A stretch of DNA of 64,000 nucleotides. Origin: Gammaproteobacteria bacterium. Lineage in GTDB: Bacteria; Pseudomonadota; Gammaproteobacteria; VBWC01. Both the position numbers and the translations under genes were made by a program. The number at the start of each line of letters is the position of its first letter. Position 1 is the first letter of the stretch. Location: positions 1,408-65,407 of the forward strand of contig VBWC01000017.1 in the NCBI GenBank assembly GCA_006218035.1. Reading direction: 5' to 3'. The notes beneath the pieces are model-generated. The model did not search any database and was not told where the DNA came from. It was given only the letters and a program-made list of their open reading frames with translations. Below, in pieces: positions 9,832-19,631 of this stretch.

Positions 9832-10215
9832 TTACGCCAACGCGAGAACGGCGTTGACGAACCGGTCGATCCTTTCAAACATGGCGGTATCGATATCGAG
9901 ATACTGCAGGCTGATCCGATAAACGTTCTCGGCGCGCCGGGTAGCACCGAGGACCTTGCCACGCACACGCACATCGGCGGTGGAGCCGTCCGGTGACGCC
10001 AGCCGGAACTCGACGCCGAGCTGTAGCGTTTCCAGCGGTGTGCCCAATACCGAGCCGGGCACGATGGCGGCAGCGGTCTGGCGGTCAACCGCCAACTGCA
10101 GACCGGCACACGACAGGCTACAGACGACCGCGGAAAATCGCGCCCCGCCATCCAGGGTGATCGTCGCCGGAACCTCTGTTTCGGTCCGCGGATACTGCCG
10201 TCTTTCGAATATCAT
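9832..10215 (-). CDS. PilZ domain protein
   Basis: 127 aa with RRQYPR (RxxxR) near the N-terminus and a degenerate SLSCAG ((D/N)xSxxG-like) motif. Confidence 0.65.
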   Translation of the reverse strand: MIFERRQYPRTETEVPATITLDGGARFSAVVCSLSCAGLQLAVDRQTAAAIVPGSVLGTPLETLQLGVEFRLASPDGSTADVRVRGKVLGATRRAENVYRISLQYLDIDTAMFERIDRFVNAVLALA

Positions 10216-10390
10216 TGCCGTTCAGACTTCCAACTGCCTGTTTATAGTAGTCCGGTAATTTCTGGTTTCGGCTACTAAAATCATAACATTAGGAGCCGGG
10301 TCCGGCCGGCGGCCGTATGCGTTCTATTTGACACCGTTTTACCCCGCAAAACCTCCCGGGCGACCACGCGATCCGGGTCGGCAAACGGGG

Positions 10391-11719
10391 CTAAAAACCC
10401 TGCAGGCGATCCATCCAGTGCGGCAGCCACAGCGCGACGGCGGGCCAGAACGCGACCACGGCAAGCGCCAGCAACTGGATGACGATGAACGGCACGACAC
10501 CGCGATAGATCTGCGTGATACGGATTTCCGGCGGCGCCACCGCCTTCAGATAGAACAGCGAAAAGCCGAAGGGCGGTGTCAGAAACGAGGTCTGCAGATT
10601 CAGCGCGATCAGCACGCCGAACCACAGCAGGTCGATATTGAGCAGCTCGGCGATCGGCGCGAGTATCGGCACGACGATAAAACAGATCTCGAGAAAATCG
10701 AGAAAGAACCCCAGCACAAAGATCAGCAACATGCTGACGATCAGAAAACCCGCGTCGCCGCCGGGCAGATTGGTGAAGATATCCTCGACCAGCAGATCGC
10801 CGCCCATGCCGCGAAACACCAGACCGAACGCCGCCGCGCCGATCAGCACCAGGAACACCATGCTCGTCAGCCGCGTGGTATGGCGCATCGCGTCACGCAA
10901 CCCCGCCAGCGTCAACCGGCGGTGGAAGGCCGCCAGCGCCAGCGCGCCGATCGCACCGACCGCCGCTGATTCGGTCGGTGACGCAATGCCAAAGAATATC
11001 GATCCAAGGACGGCAACGACCAGTGTCACCGGCGGCAGCAGGCTGATCAGCGCCTTAAAGCGCAGCCGGCGACGGTCAGCGGCGTTCGCGTCTGCGGCCG
11101 CTACGGCCGGCGCAGCGTCCGGGTCCAGCGCCGCCTTGATCAATATATAGAGTATGAAAAACACGACGAGTAACAGTCCGGGAACCACCGCACCGGCGAA
11201 CAACTGCCCGACCGGCACGCCGATGACATCGCCGAGCAGTATCAGGATGACGCTCGGCGGAATGATCTGTCCGAGCGTACCGGCCGCCGCGATCGTGCCG
11301 GTCGCGATCTCCGGCTGGTAGCGGTGTTTGAGCATCGCCGGCAACGCCAGCACGCCCATTGTGACGACGGTCGCGCCGACCACGCCGGTGGTCGCCGCAA
11401 GCAATGCGCCGACGGCAACAATGGACACGCCAAGACCGCCACGAATTCTGCCGAATAACCGGCCCATGGTCTCCAGCAGTTGTTCGGCAATGCCGGACTT
11501 CTCCAGAATGATCCCCATGAACACAAACAGCGGCACCGCCAGCAGCGTGAAGTTGGTCATTACGCCCCAGATGCGCAGCGGCAGCAGATCGAAGAATCCG
11601 ACACCGAGAAAGATCGCACCGAATGCCATCGCGACCGCGCCGAGCGTGAAGGCCACCGGATACCCCAGCATCAGCAGCACCACCAGCACGGCAAACATGA
11701 TCAGCGCCCAGACTTCCAT
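10391..11719 (-). CDS. dctM: TRAP transporter large permease subunit
   Basis: 442-aa polytopic membrane protein of the DctM family. It lies 4 bp downstream of the small subunit gene. Confidence 0.85.
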   Translation of the reverse strand: MEVWALIMFAVLVVLLMLGYPVAFTLGAVAMAFGAIFLGVGFFDLLPLRIWGVMTNFTLLAVPLFVFMGIILEKSGIAEQLLETMGRLFGRIRGGLGVSIVAVGALLAATTGVVGATVVTMGVLALPAMLKHRYQPEIATGTIAAAGTLGQIIPPSVILILLGDVIGVPVGQLFAGAVVPGLLLVVFFILYILIKAALDPDAAPAVAAADANAADRRRLRFKALISLLPPVTLVVAVLGSIFFGIASPTESAAVGAIGALALAAFHRRLTLAGLRDAMRHTTRLTSMVFLVLIGAAAFGLVFRGMGGDLLVEDIFTNLPGGDAGFLIVSMLLIFVLGFFLDFLEICFIVVPILAPIAELLNIDLLWFGVLIALNLQTSFLTPPFGFSLFYLKAVAPPEIRITQIYRGVVPFIVIQLLALAVVAFWPAVALWLPHWMDRLQGF

Positions 11720-11723
11720 CAGA

Positions 11724-12359
11724 TCACCCGGGGTCGCGCTGCCCGGGGGGCGCGCATAGCAATGTCAGCAGATTGCGGCAGATACCCGCAATCCCTTGCA
11801 GCAGCAACAGACTGAAGCCGACCGGAATAGCCGCCTTCAACAGAAACCGGTACGGCAGACCGCCGGGATCAGGCGAGCTTTCGCTGAATTGCCACGCGTT
11901 ATGCACAAACGGCCAGCTGCTGGTGATGACCAACAGACAGAACGGCAACAGGAACAACAGCGCCCCGGCGAGATCGCTCAGCGCACGCCGCCGGTCGTCC
12001 ATGATCCGGCTGCGGTAGATGACATCGACGCGCACATGCTCGTCATGGCGTAGCGTATAGGCCGCGCCGAGCAGAAAAATCAGCGCGAACAGATGCCATT
12101 CGAGCTCCTGCAGTGCAACCGACCCGGCCTGAAACAGGTAGCGCATCGCGACGTCGTAACCGATCAGCAGCACCAGCGCCGGCAGCAGCCATGACGTCAC
12201 GCGGCCGGTCCACTCGCTGAGCGATTCGATCGATTGCGCCAGGTGCAAGAGCAGGCGGGTAAGGTATGTCACGGCGGCGATTGTACCCGGATCAGCGCGA
12301 TTTGAAACGATGGAACGGCCGGGCGACCGCCAGCGTTTAACTGTCGTTGCCGGAAACAC
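11724..12359 (-). CDS. dctQ: TRAP transporter small permease subunit. The start is uncertain and may be GTG at 12272.
   Basis: Four-TM DctQ-like protein. The ORF as listed overlaps the gspN stop. An internal in-frame GTG gives VTYLTRLLLHL.... Confidence 0.7.
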   Translation of the reverse strand: MFPATTVKRWRSPGRSIVSNRADPGTIAAVTYLTRLLLHLAQSIESLSEWTGRVTSWLLPALVLLIGYDVAMRYLFQAGSVALQELEWHLFALIFLLGAAYTLRHDEHVRVDVIYRSRIMDDRRRALSDLAGALLFLLPFCLLVITSSWPFVHNAWQFSESSPDPGGLPYRFLLKAAIPVGFSLLLLQGIAGICRNLLTLLCAPPGQRDPG

Positions 12360-13122
12360 CGGCCAGCCGCGGCAGCGTGCCGTTAAACGACATGTTGATC
12401 TTGCCGTCCGGTCCCGGGTTACCCATCATCCGCAGCGCCTGGGTGAGCGTCGCGTCACCCGGATTGCGCGCGGCCAGTGTGCCGGTAAAGCGGTACTCGC
12501 CCGCAGGCGCCAGCATCAGCAACCCGTTGCCCTGCAGCGGACCGCCGCCATCCGCGATCGTGCCTTTCACGCCTTCCGCGGTGGTCTCGAAACTGGCGTT
12601 GAGATCGCCGAGCTGTACCGCGCGCGGTGCCTGCGCGCCGGCCTGCTTCCATCTGACCGTACCGTCGGCGGCCGCAATCCATCCGCCGGCGACGTCGAGC
12701 CGTTCCAGAGCGACTTCAATGACACCGCTGAGCCCGAGTGCCTCCGCATTGAACAACGGTGCGAACTCGGCCGGCACCAGCCTGGCCGTGACATCGCGCA
12801 GCACCAGCTTGCCGGTGATGCTGCGCCCGATCACTCCGTCCGCAAGGCTGTTGCCGTTATCGAACTTCACCGCGTACTGGGCCCTTCCGGCAAACAGACC
12901 GGTCGGCTGCAGATACCATTCCAGTCGCCGGAACTCACGGCCGTTCACCACCAGCGACCGCGCCTGGCCCGACCATACCGAACCACTGACGTCCAGCAGC
13001 TGAACGCCGCCGGGCAGTTGATCGCGGAAATGTCCCGCCACGACAGCGGCGGGCAATGTCGCGATCAGAAAAATAGCGTAGAGCACCGCGGCATAGACGC
13101 CGTAACGGGTCGCCGCTTTCAT
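12337..13122 (-). CDS. gspN: Type II secretion system protein N
   Basis: 261 aa with an N-terminal TM anchor. It is the last gene of the gsp operon and overlaps gspM by 4 nt. Confidence 0.7.
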   Translation of the reverse strand: MKAATRYGVYAAVLYAIFLIATLPAAVVAGHFRDQLPGGVQLLDVSGSVWSGQARSLVVNGREFRRLEWYLQPTGLFAGRAQYAVKFDNGNSLADGVIGRSITGKLVLRDVTARLVPAEFAPLFNAEALGLSGVIEVALERLDVAGGWIAAADGTVRWKQAGAQAPRAVQLGDLNASFETTAEGVKGTIADGGGPLQGNGLLMLAPAGEYRFTGTLAARNPGDATLTQALRMMGNPGPDGKINMSFNGTLPRLAGVSGNDS

Positions 13123-13607
13123 CGGCCGCCCTCAATGACCAGACGGGCGTTGATGCGACCGGGCGCGCCGGGGCGATCTATCGTCAGCCGGCTGACCTGC
13201 GCGCCGGTCTCCTGCTGCAGGTTACCTATCCAGCGCACCATGTCATCGAACGATGCATCCTCAAACCAGACGCGCACCGAATTCTGGCCTTCCGGCTCGA
13301 CACGTTTCAGCGCGCCGGCGAGTTGTCCCTGCCGCGCGGTGCGGTCGACCACGGCCAGCAACGACTGACCGTCGGTGCCGGCACCGGGCCGGCTGCTCGC
13401 CGCGCGCAGGCGTATCACTTCGGCCGCCGCGGTCTGCATCGTCTGCGCTTGCGCGCGCCGCTCGACCACGGATTTTTCCAGCCGCTCGACCTTGCCGGTC
13501 AGCGGTCGCCAGCCGATAAAATAAACCAGCAGCAACACCAGCACGCCGCCGCCCCAGAACACGGCCTGCCGTTCGCGCGCCTCAAGTCCGGCGAGCCATT
13601 GCTTCAT
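13119..13607 (-). CDS. gspM: Type II secretion system protein M
   Basis: 162 aa, single TM. Assigned from its position between gspL and gspN. Confidence 0.8.
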   Translation of the reverse strand: MKQWLAGLEARERQAVFWGGGVLVLLLVYFIGWRPLTGKVERLEKSVVERRAQAQTMQTAAAEVIRLRAASSRPGAGTDGQSLLAVVDRTARQGQLAGALKRVEPEGQNSVRVWFEDASFDDMVRWIGNLQQETGAQVSRLTIDRPGAPGRINARLVIEGGR

Positions 13608-14842
13608 GACGCCTTGCCCTTGATCTGCAACCGCGCCTCGACCTGGTTGTCGCGCGCACTGGCCGACTGGATCGCCACGTCCAGACCCGGTATCACCGCC
13701 AGTTGTTGCTTGAGTTTATCCAGACCCTGCAGATCCTTGATGGTCAGCGCCAGATCGATCTGTCCGTCGTTGTACGACATGCGCTGCAATTCGAGCCCGC
13801 CGGTGGTGGCCAGCGACTGGCTGACCTCGCCGAGCAATGCCAGCAGGCCAGCGTCCGCTGTACCGCCGCCGCGCAGTTCGCCAAGCCGGCGCATCATCTC
13901 GCGTTCCATCAGGCTGATATCGATCGCGCGCGCGTCCGGAAAGGTGTCGCGGTATACCTGCGTGACCTGTTCGGCGAGCCAACCGTCCTCGCGCGACAGC
14001 CTGACGTAGTCCGTCACCGTCAGACCGACATGAACCACCAGCCAGACCGCCGCCAGTGCCGCCGTGGCACGCCATGGCCGCCACCGCTTGCCGATCTGTT
14101 CGCGACGGCTGTAATCGCCCTGCAACAGATCAATCAGCTGCGGTTCGTCGAGACCGCGCGAGCACGCCTGCATGACGGTATCGGGCAACGCCCGGACCTC
14201 GATGCCGCTCGCTGCGGCAACACTGGCGTCGGCGATCTGCACGGCCAGCAGGAATTCCGGTTTCGTCGCGCCGGCCTCGGCCAGCGCCGCCGTCAACAGC
14301 GCGGCGAGATTCTCAAAATCGCAGGCGAATCCACTCTGCCGGCCGGTGCGCACCAGCCCGTAGCGGTCGATTTCGCCTAGCGTCCAGCCACCCGGCTCAT
14401 ACGGCAGCGCCAGCATGTCGGGCACCAGCATCGCCGGCCGTATGCCGGCCTCGTGCAAGCGCGACAGCCAGTCCGCCATCAACGATTTTGCGACGACCGC
14501 GACCTGAATACGGCCGTCCGCGCCATGCTGTCCGAGCGCGAAATGCAGATCGTCAATATCGTCGGCGATCTGCTCCTCGAGCACGTTCGGCACCGCGGCG
14601 AGGATGCGCTGGCGGTTACGTGTAGGAATATGCGCCGAGGTCAACAACAAACGGGTAGATGGCACCAGCACGATCACGCGGCGGCCGGTCAGTTGCGTGG
14701 CGGCCTCGGTCAGCGTGCCCTGACCAACGTCAGCGGTTTTTTCCGGCGCGGCAATGACGTTTACCCAGCTGACGTTGCCGGACAAATCTTCCGCAAGCCT
14801 TAATATAGAGGTGTCCGCCACGCTAGTAGGTCCCCTGACCAC
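13604..14842 (-). CDS. gspL: Type II secretion system protein L
   Basis: 412-aa bitopic protein, assigned by its position in the operon. Confidence 0.8.
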   Translation of the reverse strand: MVRGPTSVADTSILRLAEDLSGNVSWVNVIAAPEKTADVGQGTLTEAATQLTGRRVIVLVPSTRLLLTSAHIPTRNRQRILAAVPNVLEEQIADDIDDLHFALGQHGADGRIQVAVVAKSLMADWLSRLHEAGIRPAMLVPDMLALPYEPGGWTLGEIDRYGLVRTGRQSGFACDFENLAALLTAALAEAGATKPEFLLAVQIADASVAAASGIEVRALPDTVMQACSRGLDEPQLIDLLQGDYSRREQIGKRWRPWRATAALAAVWLVVHVGLTVTDYVRLSREDGWLAEQVTQVYRDTFPDARAIDISLMEREMMRRLGELRGGGTADAGLLALLGEVSQSLATTGGLELQRMSYNDGQIDLALTIKDLQGLDKLKQQLAVIPGLDVAIQSASARDNQVEARLQIKGKAS

Positions 14843-15773
14843 GCGATACCACGGCTACCTTACCACTGTTCCCTTCAGCGCGCTGCAACAGGCTGAACAG
14901 CTGCGCCCGGCCGTGGCCGAACCGGGTTTCTGCATAGACCATAAAGTACTGGCTGCTGACGGAGGCCCGGTCGGTAACGATCTCCGGTTTCTTGTCTTGC
15001 AACACCGGCTGGCTGAGAAATTCCTCGCTGTCGTCAAATGGATTGTCCGCGCGCGTCGCGCTGAGTTCCTTGGCATCCGCTGCGGTGATCCCTTCGCCCA
15101 GCATGCGCAGTACTTCCGGCGGCGCGGTGTTGACGTTAACCGCTACGCCATGGGCCGGCAGCGCGCTGATGTACGGCTCAAGTTTCTGGTAGATGGCGCG
15201 GTCGAAACCGCTGACCAGCATTAACTCGCTGGGGCTTTCAAACCGGCGGTTCGCCGCGCGGTACGGCCGTTTCATCGCGAGATAGGCGCTGTCCTCGGCG
15301 CCACCCGGCAACGTGACATCGATGTCGGCATCGAGCCAGTCGATCACCGCGTCAGCCAGCTCCGGGGCAATTTCCAGTACCGACAGCAGGCGCTGGAACA
15401 GGCGCGCATCGACTTCGCTGTGCTGGCCTGCGCTGTCGACGAGATTATTGAGATTGAAGCGGCCCTGCATGTCCGCGCCGCGCCCGGAAACAGTCGCTCC
15501 CTCGACCGGCAGATTGGCGATGACCGTCGTCCAGTCTTCCTTGAGATGATCAATCTGATTGTCCTTCGCGTCCTTCGCGAGCACCTGTATCGCCCACGCC
15601 TCGGCGCCCAGCGCAAACAGATAGGCGCGGTCATTGTCGAGTACGTTGGCGGTACGGCGCAGTTCGAGCTGCTGACTGGCCGTCGCCGACACGGTGATCA
15701 CCGTGACCAGCGCGACGACGATCAGCGCTGTGATCAGCGCGACCCCGCTCTGCGTTGCCATCGATCCTGTCAT
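14823..15773 (-). CDS. gspK: Type II secretion minor pseudopilin K
   Basis: 316 aa with N-terminal GVALITALIVVALV. Confidence 0.85.
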   Translation of the reverse strand: MTGSMATQSGVALITALIVVALVTVITVSATASQQLELRRTANVLDNDRAYLFALGAEAWAIQVLAKDAKDNQIDHLKEDWTTVIANLPVEGATVSGRGADMQGRFNLNNLVDSAGQHSEVDARLFQRLLSVLEIAPELADAVIDWLDADIDVTLPGGAEDSAYLAMKRPYRAANRRFESPSELMLVSGFDRAIYQKLEPYISALPAHGVAVNVNTAPPEVLRMLGEGITAADAKELSATRADNPFDDSEEFLSQPVLQDKKPEIVTDRASVSSQYFMVYAETRFGHGRAQLFSLLQRAEGNSGKVAVVSRGQGTY

Positions 15774-15803
15774 GAATGCTCGCCTGAAATCACTGTGTAC
15801 ACG

Positions 15804-16493
15804 CTACGATGCCTTGGCGGGCGGTGGCGTAATCACGCCGGCACCGGGCACGCGAAACAACCGCGGCACGCGACCCCAGCCGGGTGCCTCGACGGTGATC
15901 TCGATCGCCTTCGGCAACGGCGTCGGTTTTTTACCTTCGCTTTCAAAATCCGGTGGCGGCCAGCTGTCGTGCCATTGATTCGCCTCGTCCAGCAAGCGGA
16001 TGTCGACGGCGGTTACCTTGTCCAGCAACGGATACTCAACCGGTTGGCTGTCCTGCGCGCGGTCAAGCACCGCCCAGCTCAACCGCATCAGCCGGTCTTC
16101 CTTGATCATATAGGCGACGCGCTGCAGCGACGAACGCCGGTTGTCCGGCAACGGGTTGCGCCAGCCGCTGCGCGTGAATTCGATCAGCGCGCCGCTGGCC
16201 GTCGTCAGTGACGGCAGGCGATCGCCGAAGCCGTCACGTATGTCGCGATTAATGATCTGCTCCATGTCGCGCGCCACCAGCGTAAACGCCGTCTGTAATT
16301 CGGCCAGGCGTTCGGTCTGGCGTTCCACATGACGCTGCGTGCTCATCACCGACTGCAGGCCGCCAAACGCCATCACGTAAAGCACCGCGAAGATCGCCAG
16401 CGCGACCAGCAGTTCCAGTAAGGTAAATCCGTGCATGGCCCACGCTGCGGCGCCAGCTCGCGATTGGCGTGGCATGAACAGGCGCGTCATCAT
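15804..16493 (-). CDS. gspJ: Type II secretion minor pseudopilin J
   Basis: Prepilin-type N-terminus HGFTLLELLVALAIF. I chose the start at the internal Met (16493), which gives a 4-nt overlap with the gspI stop. The listed ORF extends to 16670. Confidence 0.8.
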   Translation of the reverse strand: MMTRLFMPRQSRAGAAAWAMHGFTLLELLVALAIFAVLYVMAFGGLQSVMSTQRHVERQTERLAELQTAFTLVARDMEQIINRDIRDGFGDRLPSLTTASGALIEFTRSGWRNPLPDNRRSSLQRVAYMIKEDRLMRLSWAVLDRAQDSQPVEYPLLDKVTAVDIRLLDEANQWHDSWPPPDFESEGKKPTPLPKAIEITVEAPGWGRVPRLFRVPGAGVITPPPAKAS

Positions 16494-16888
16494 AAAGGCT
16501 GCCCGACATAGGCAATCACCTTGCTGAGCGTTTCGCCGCCGTCCTTGTTGCTGACCTCGATATCGGCGCGACGCACATGGGTGTCGCCGGTCTGGTAGAC
16601 GATCACGGTCCAGAACCATTCGTGGTCCGCCAGCAACGCTGCGCCCTTGGTCGTGCCAGGCGACGGCCATTCAGAGCCCAGCTGCAACTCCGCGGCACGG
16701 TTCATGGCGACCCAATGCGCCAGCGTGCGGTCACGCAGGTAGGTGGCGTTGGCGACATGTGCGGTAACGCCCTCGATCACCGCGGCCAGTGCGATGGCCA
16801 GTATGGCCAGCGCAACCATGACCTCGATCAACGTAAAGCCACGCGAGCGTTTCCGGCGGTGCGATCGATGTAATACAGATGCCGACAT
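16490..16888 (-). CDS. gspI: Type II secretion minor pseudopilin I
   Basis: RGFTLIEVMVALAIL prepilin N-terminus, 132 aa. Confidence 0.85.
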   Translation of the reverse strand: MSASVLHRSHRRKRSRGFTLIEVMVALAILAIALAAVIEGVTAHVANATYLRDRTLAHWVAMNRAAELQLGSEWPSPGTTKGAALLADHEWFWTVIVYQTGDTHVRRADIEVSNKDGGETLSKVIAYVGQPL

Positions 16889-17454
16889 CAGGTGTTGTTC
16901 GGGTAGATCAGTTCCAGCTTGCCGGAGGGCTCGCCCTTCAGCCGGTAGATATCGCCATCCGCCGACGCCTGCAGCGTCAGTTCAAACGGCTGTGCGAACT
17001 CGCCGCTCGACAACAGATAGATACGCGCCGCCGGTGCGGTCTTGCCATTTTTGAGTTTCTTGTCGTTCTTGTCGTTGTTCGATTCGCCGAGCGTAATGGT
17101 ATCGCCTTCGAGTTCGATCGAGAGCCTGAATCCTTCCGGCAGGCTGCGTTCGCGCAGCAGCTTGTCATCGTCGTCAATCGCCACGAGCTTGTTCTCGGTG
17201 ACGTCCAGCTCGAAGAAACGGTAGCCTTGCTCGTCCAGTTCCAGCACGATCTCGCGCGAACCCAGCACCGCCTCCTGGCTGGCGAGGCCGATCAGCGCGG
17301 CGAGCCGGTGGATTTCCTCCTCGGCCTGCGCGTTCTTGTTCGGGCCGACCGACAGCACGGCGAAATTGATCATCACGCCGATGATGATCAGCACGACAAG
17401 GATCTCGATCAGCGTCAGGCCGCGCTGACCGGCGGCTACGTGACGGCGCCGCAC
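16888..17454 (-). CDS. gspH: Type II secretion minor pseudopilin H
   Basis: RGLTLIEILVVLIIIGVM prepilin N-terminus, 188 aa. Confidence 0.85.
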   Translation of the reverse strand: MRRRHVAAGQRGLTLIEILVVLIIIGVMINFAVLSVGPNKNAQAEEEIHRLAALIGLASQEAVLGSREIVLELDEQGYRFFELDVTENKLVAIDDDDKLLRERSLPEGFRLSIELEGDTITLGESNNDKNDKKLKNGKTAPAARIYLLSSGEFAQPFELTLQASADGDIYRLKGEPSGKLELIYPNNT

Positions 17455-17508
17455 CGAATGACAGGCAGGTTGAATGACGTGATCGCGCAGCGTATTGGCT
17501 TTCCCGGT

Positions 17509-17952
17509 TTACTCGCCCAGATTCCAGTTACCGATATCGGCATCGACACCGTCGCCACCGGGCTGTCCATCACGTCCCAGCGAAAAGATATCGAGCGATC
17601 CCTGCGTGCCGGGATAGACGTACTGGTACTCACGCCCCCACGGGTCCTTGGGAATCCGCTCGACGTAGCCACCATCCTTCCATTGCGGCGCGCTCGCCGG
17701 TTTTTGCACCAGCGCCTCCAGGCCGTGATCCATGGACGGATAATCGTGGTTGTCGAGCTTGTAGAGATTCAACGCGCTTTCGAGTACGCGGATGTCCTGC
17801 TTTGCCTTGGTCATGCGCGCGATATCCGGCCGATCCATGATACGCGGCACGATGAACGCCGCGAGGATGCCGAGGATGACGACGACCACCATGACCTCGA
17901 TCAAGGTAAAGCCGGCGGCCATTTGCTGTGTTTGGCGTATATGCTTGGTCAT
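17509..17952 (-). CDS. gspG: Type II secretion major pseudopilin G
   Basis: AGFTLIEVMVVVVILGILAAFIVP...KDPWGREYQY, typical of GspG. Confidence 0.95.
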   Translation of the reverse strand: MTKHIRQTQQMAAGFTLIEVMVVVVILGILAAFIVPRIMDRPDIARMTKAKQDIRVLESALNLYKLDNHDYPSMDHGLEALVQKPASAPQWKDGGYVERIPKDPWGREYQYVYPGTQGSLDIFSLGRDGQPGGDGVDADIGNWNLGE

Positions 17953-18001
17953 TATCTGTCCTGTTACTGAATTAGTTTTGAATCCACTGCCGTCTCATTA
18001 A

Positions 18002-18026
18002 CTCCCTCTCCCGCAGGGGGAGGGAG
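18002..18026. other. Perfect GC-rich hairpin in the gspF-gspG intergenic region
   Basis: CTCCCTC-TCCCGCAGGGG-GAGGGAG, seen once in the window. Confidence 0.5.
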
Positions 18027-18159
18027 TAGCCTCGTTACCACGCAAACCGGGGATTTCAAGCCATTTATTCCTCCGGCCGTACTTACAATCAAGCCATCGA
18101 CAATGTCGGCCACCACCAGTACGACCGGTTTATGGAGCCATCAATCATCGGTTGGACCA

Positions 18160-19374
18160 TTATTTCACCAACTGGTTGAGATCAAAGATCGGCAGCAGGA
18201 TGGCCAGCACGATCACCAGCACCACGCCGCCCATCACCAGGATCAGCACCGGTTCGAAAATGCCCAGCGCCGCCGCAATCAGTGTTTCCACCTCGCGCTC
18301 CTGATTACCGGCCGCGCGTTCCAGCATCGCCTCGAGGTTACCGCTTGCCTCGCCGCTGGCGATCAGATGGATCGTCATCGGCGGGAAATAGCCGTTGCGC
18401 TCCAGCGCAGTATGCAGGTTGGAGCCCTCGCGCACGTTGCGCGAGGTTTCCTCGACCGACCGGCGCATCGGGATGTTGGTCACCACCTGTGCCGAGATGC
18501 GCAGGCCCTCGAGCACCGGCACGCCGCTGGCCACCATGATACTGAAGGTGCGTGCGAACCGCGCCGCGTTAATGCCGCGCACCAGCCGGCCAATTAGCGG
18601 CAGGCGCAACAAAAAGCGGTGAAAAGCGGCCTTTGGACCGGGCCGCCGCAGGATATAGCGGGTGGCGATCGACAGCAGCACGATCGCGATCAGCAGCAGC
18701 ACGCCATGGTCGCGGATAAAATCGGAGAGTGCGATCAGCATGATAGTGAGCAGCGGCAGTTTCTGATTGATATTCTCGAACACCTGCACGACCTGCGGCA
18801 CGACAAAGGCGAGCAGGGCGGTGACCACCAGTATCGCGACCGCCGTGACCAGTATCGGATAGATCAGCGCGAGCATGCCTTTTTGCTGCACCATCTGGCG
18901 GTTCTCGGCGTAGTCGGCGAGCTTGTCGAGTACGGCGTCCAGATGCCCCGACTGTTCGCCGGCCGCCACGGTTGCTCGGTACAGATCGGGAAAGATATGC
19001 GGAAAATCGCCAAACGCATCGGCCAGCGTATGACCTTCCTTGACGCGCGAACGCACCGCCAGTAACGTGCTCTTCAGACGCGGTCTTTCGGTCTGCTGCG
19101 ACACGGCATGCAAGGCCTCGTCAATCGGCAGGCCGGACCCAACCAGCGTCGCGAACTGGCGCGTGATCAACGAAAGATCGGTCGCGCTGATACCGCGCCG
19201 GAATAACGTGCGGCGCTGCCGGCGCGCCTCGCGCTGCTGCACCTCGACAACCGACAGCGGCGCCCATTGCTTTTCGCGCAACTGGCTGCGAATCTGGCGC
19301 GGCGTGTCCGCCTCCATGATCCCCTTGTGCGTCCGCCCGGAACTGTCGAGCGCGGTGTATTCGAATGCACCCAT
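18160..19374 (-). CDS. gspF: Type II secretion inner-membrane platform protein F
   Basis: 404-aa polytopic protein of the GspF family. Confidence 0.95.
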   Translation of the reverse strand: MGAFEYTALDSSGRTHKGIMEADTPRQIRSQLREKQWAPLSVVEVQQREARRQRRTLFRRGISATDLSLITRQFATLVGSGLPIDEALHAVSQQTERPRLKSTLLAVRSRVKEGHTLADAFGDFPHIFPDLYRATVAAGEQSGHLDAVLDKLADYAENRQMVQQKGMLALIYPILVTAVAILVVTALLAFVVPQVVQVFENINQKLPLLTIMLIALSDFIRDHGVLLLIAIVLLSIATRYILRRPGPKAAFHRFLLRLPLIGRLVRGINAARFARTFSIMVASGVPVLEGLRISAQVVTNIPMRRSVEETSRNVREGSNLHTALERNGYFPPMTIHLIASGEASGNLEAMLERAAGNQEREVETLIAAALGIFEPVLILVMGGVVLVIVLAILLPIFDLNQLVK

Positions 19375-19453
19375 GAGTCAATCACACATAGAACAAATAG
19401 TTGCGGAACGGTTTATTGGATAGCGCAGCAAATGCGCACGGTCCAGGAATGAC

Positions 19454-19622
19454 GGAATTATTGAGAATTACCAAATTACGTGACAACACATCGCGACCGT
19501 CATTCCGGGCGGAGCGTAGCGGAGACCCGGAATCCAGCGGTTGTGAATGGCACTGGATTCCCGCTTTCGCGGGAATGACGGCCATTGGGCGTGTCATGCT
19601 TATAGGTAATTCTCGATAATCC
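19454..19622. repeat. Composite MITE/REP-like element inside the gsp operon, between gspE and gspF
   Basis: Terminal inverted repeats GGAATTATTGAGAATTACC and GGTAATTCTCGATAATCC. It carries two copies of the family core: GTCATTCCGGGCGGAGCGTAGCGGAGACCCGGAATCCAG and, inverted, CTGGATTCCCGCTTTCGCGGGAATGAC. Confidence 0.8.
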
Positions 19623-19631
19623 AAAGCCTCA

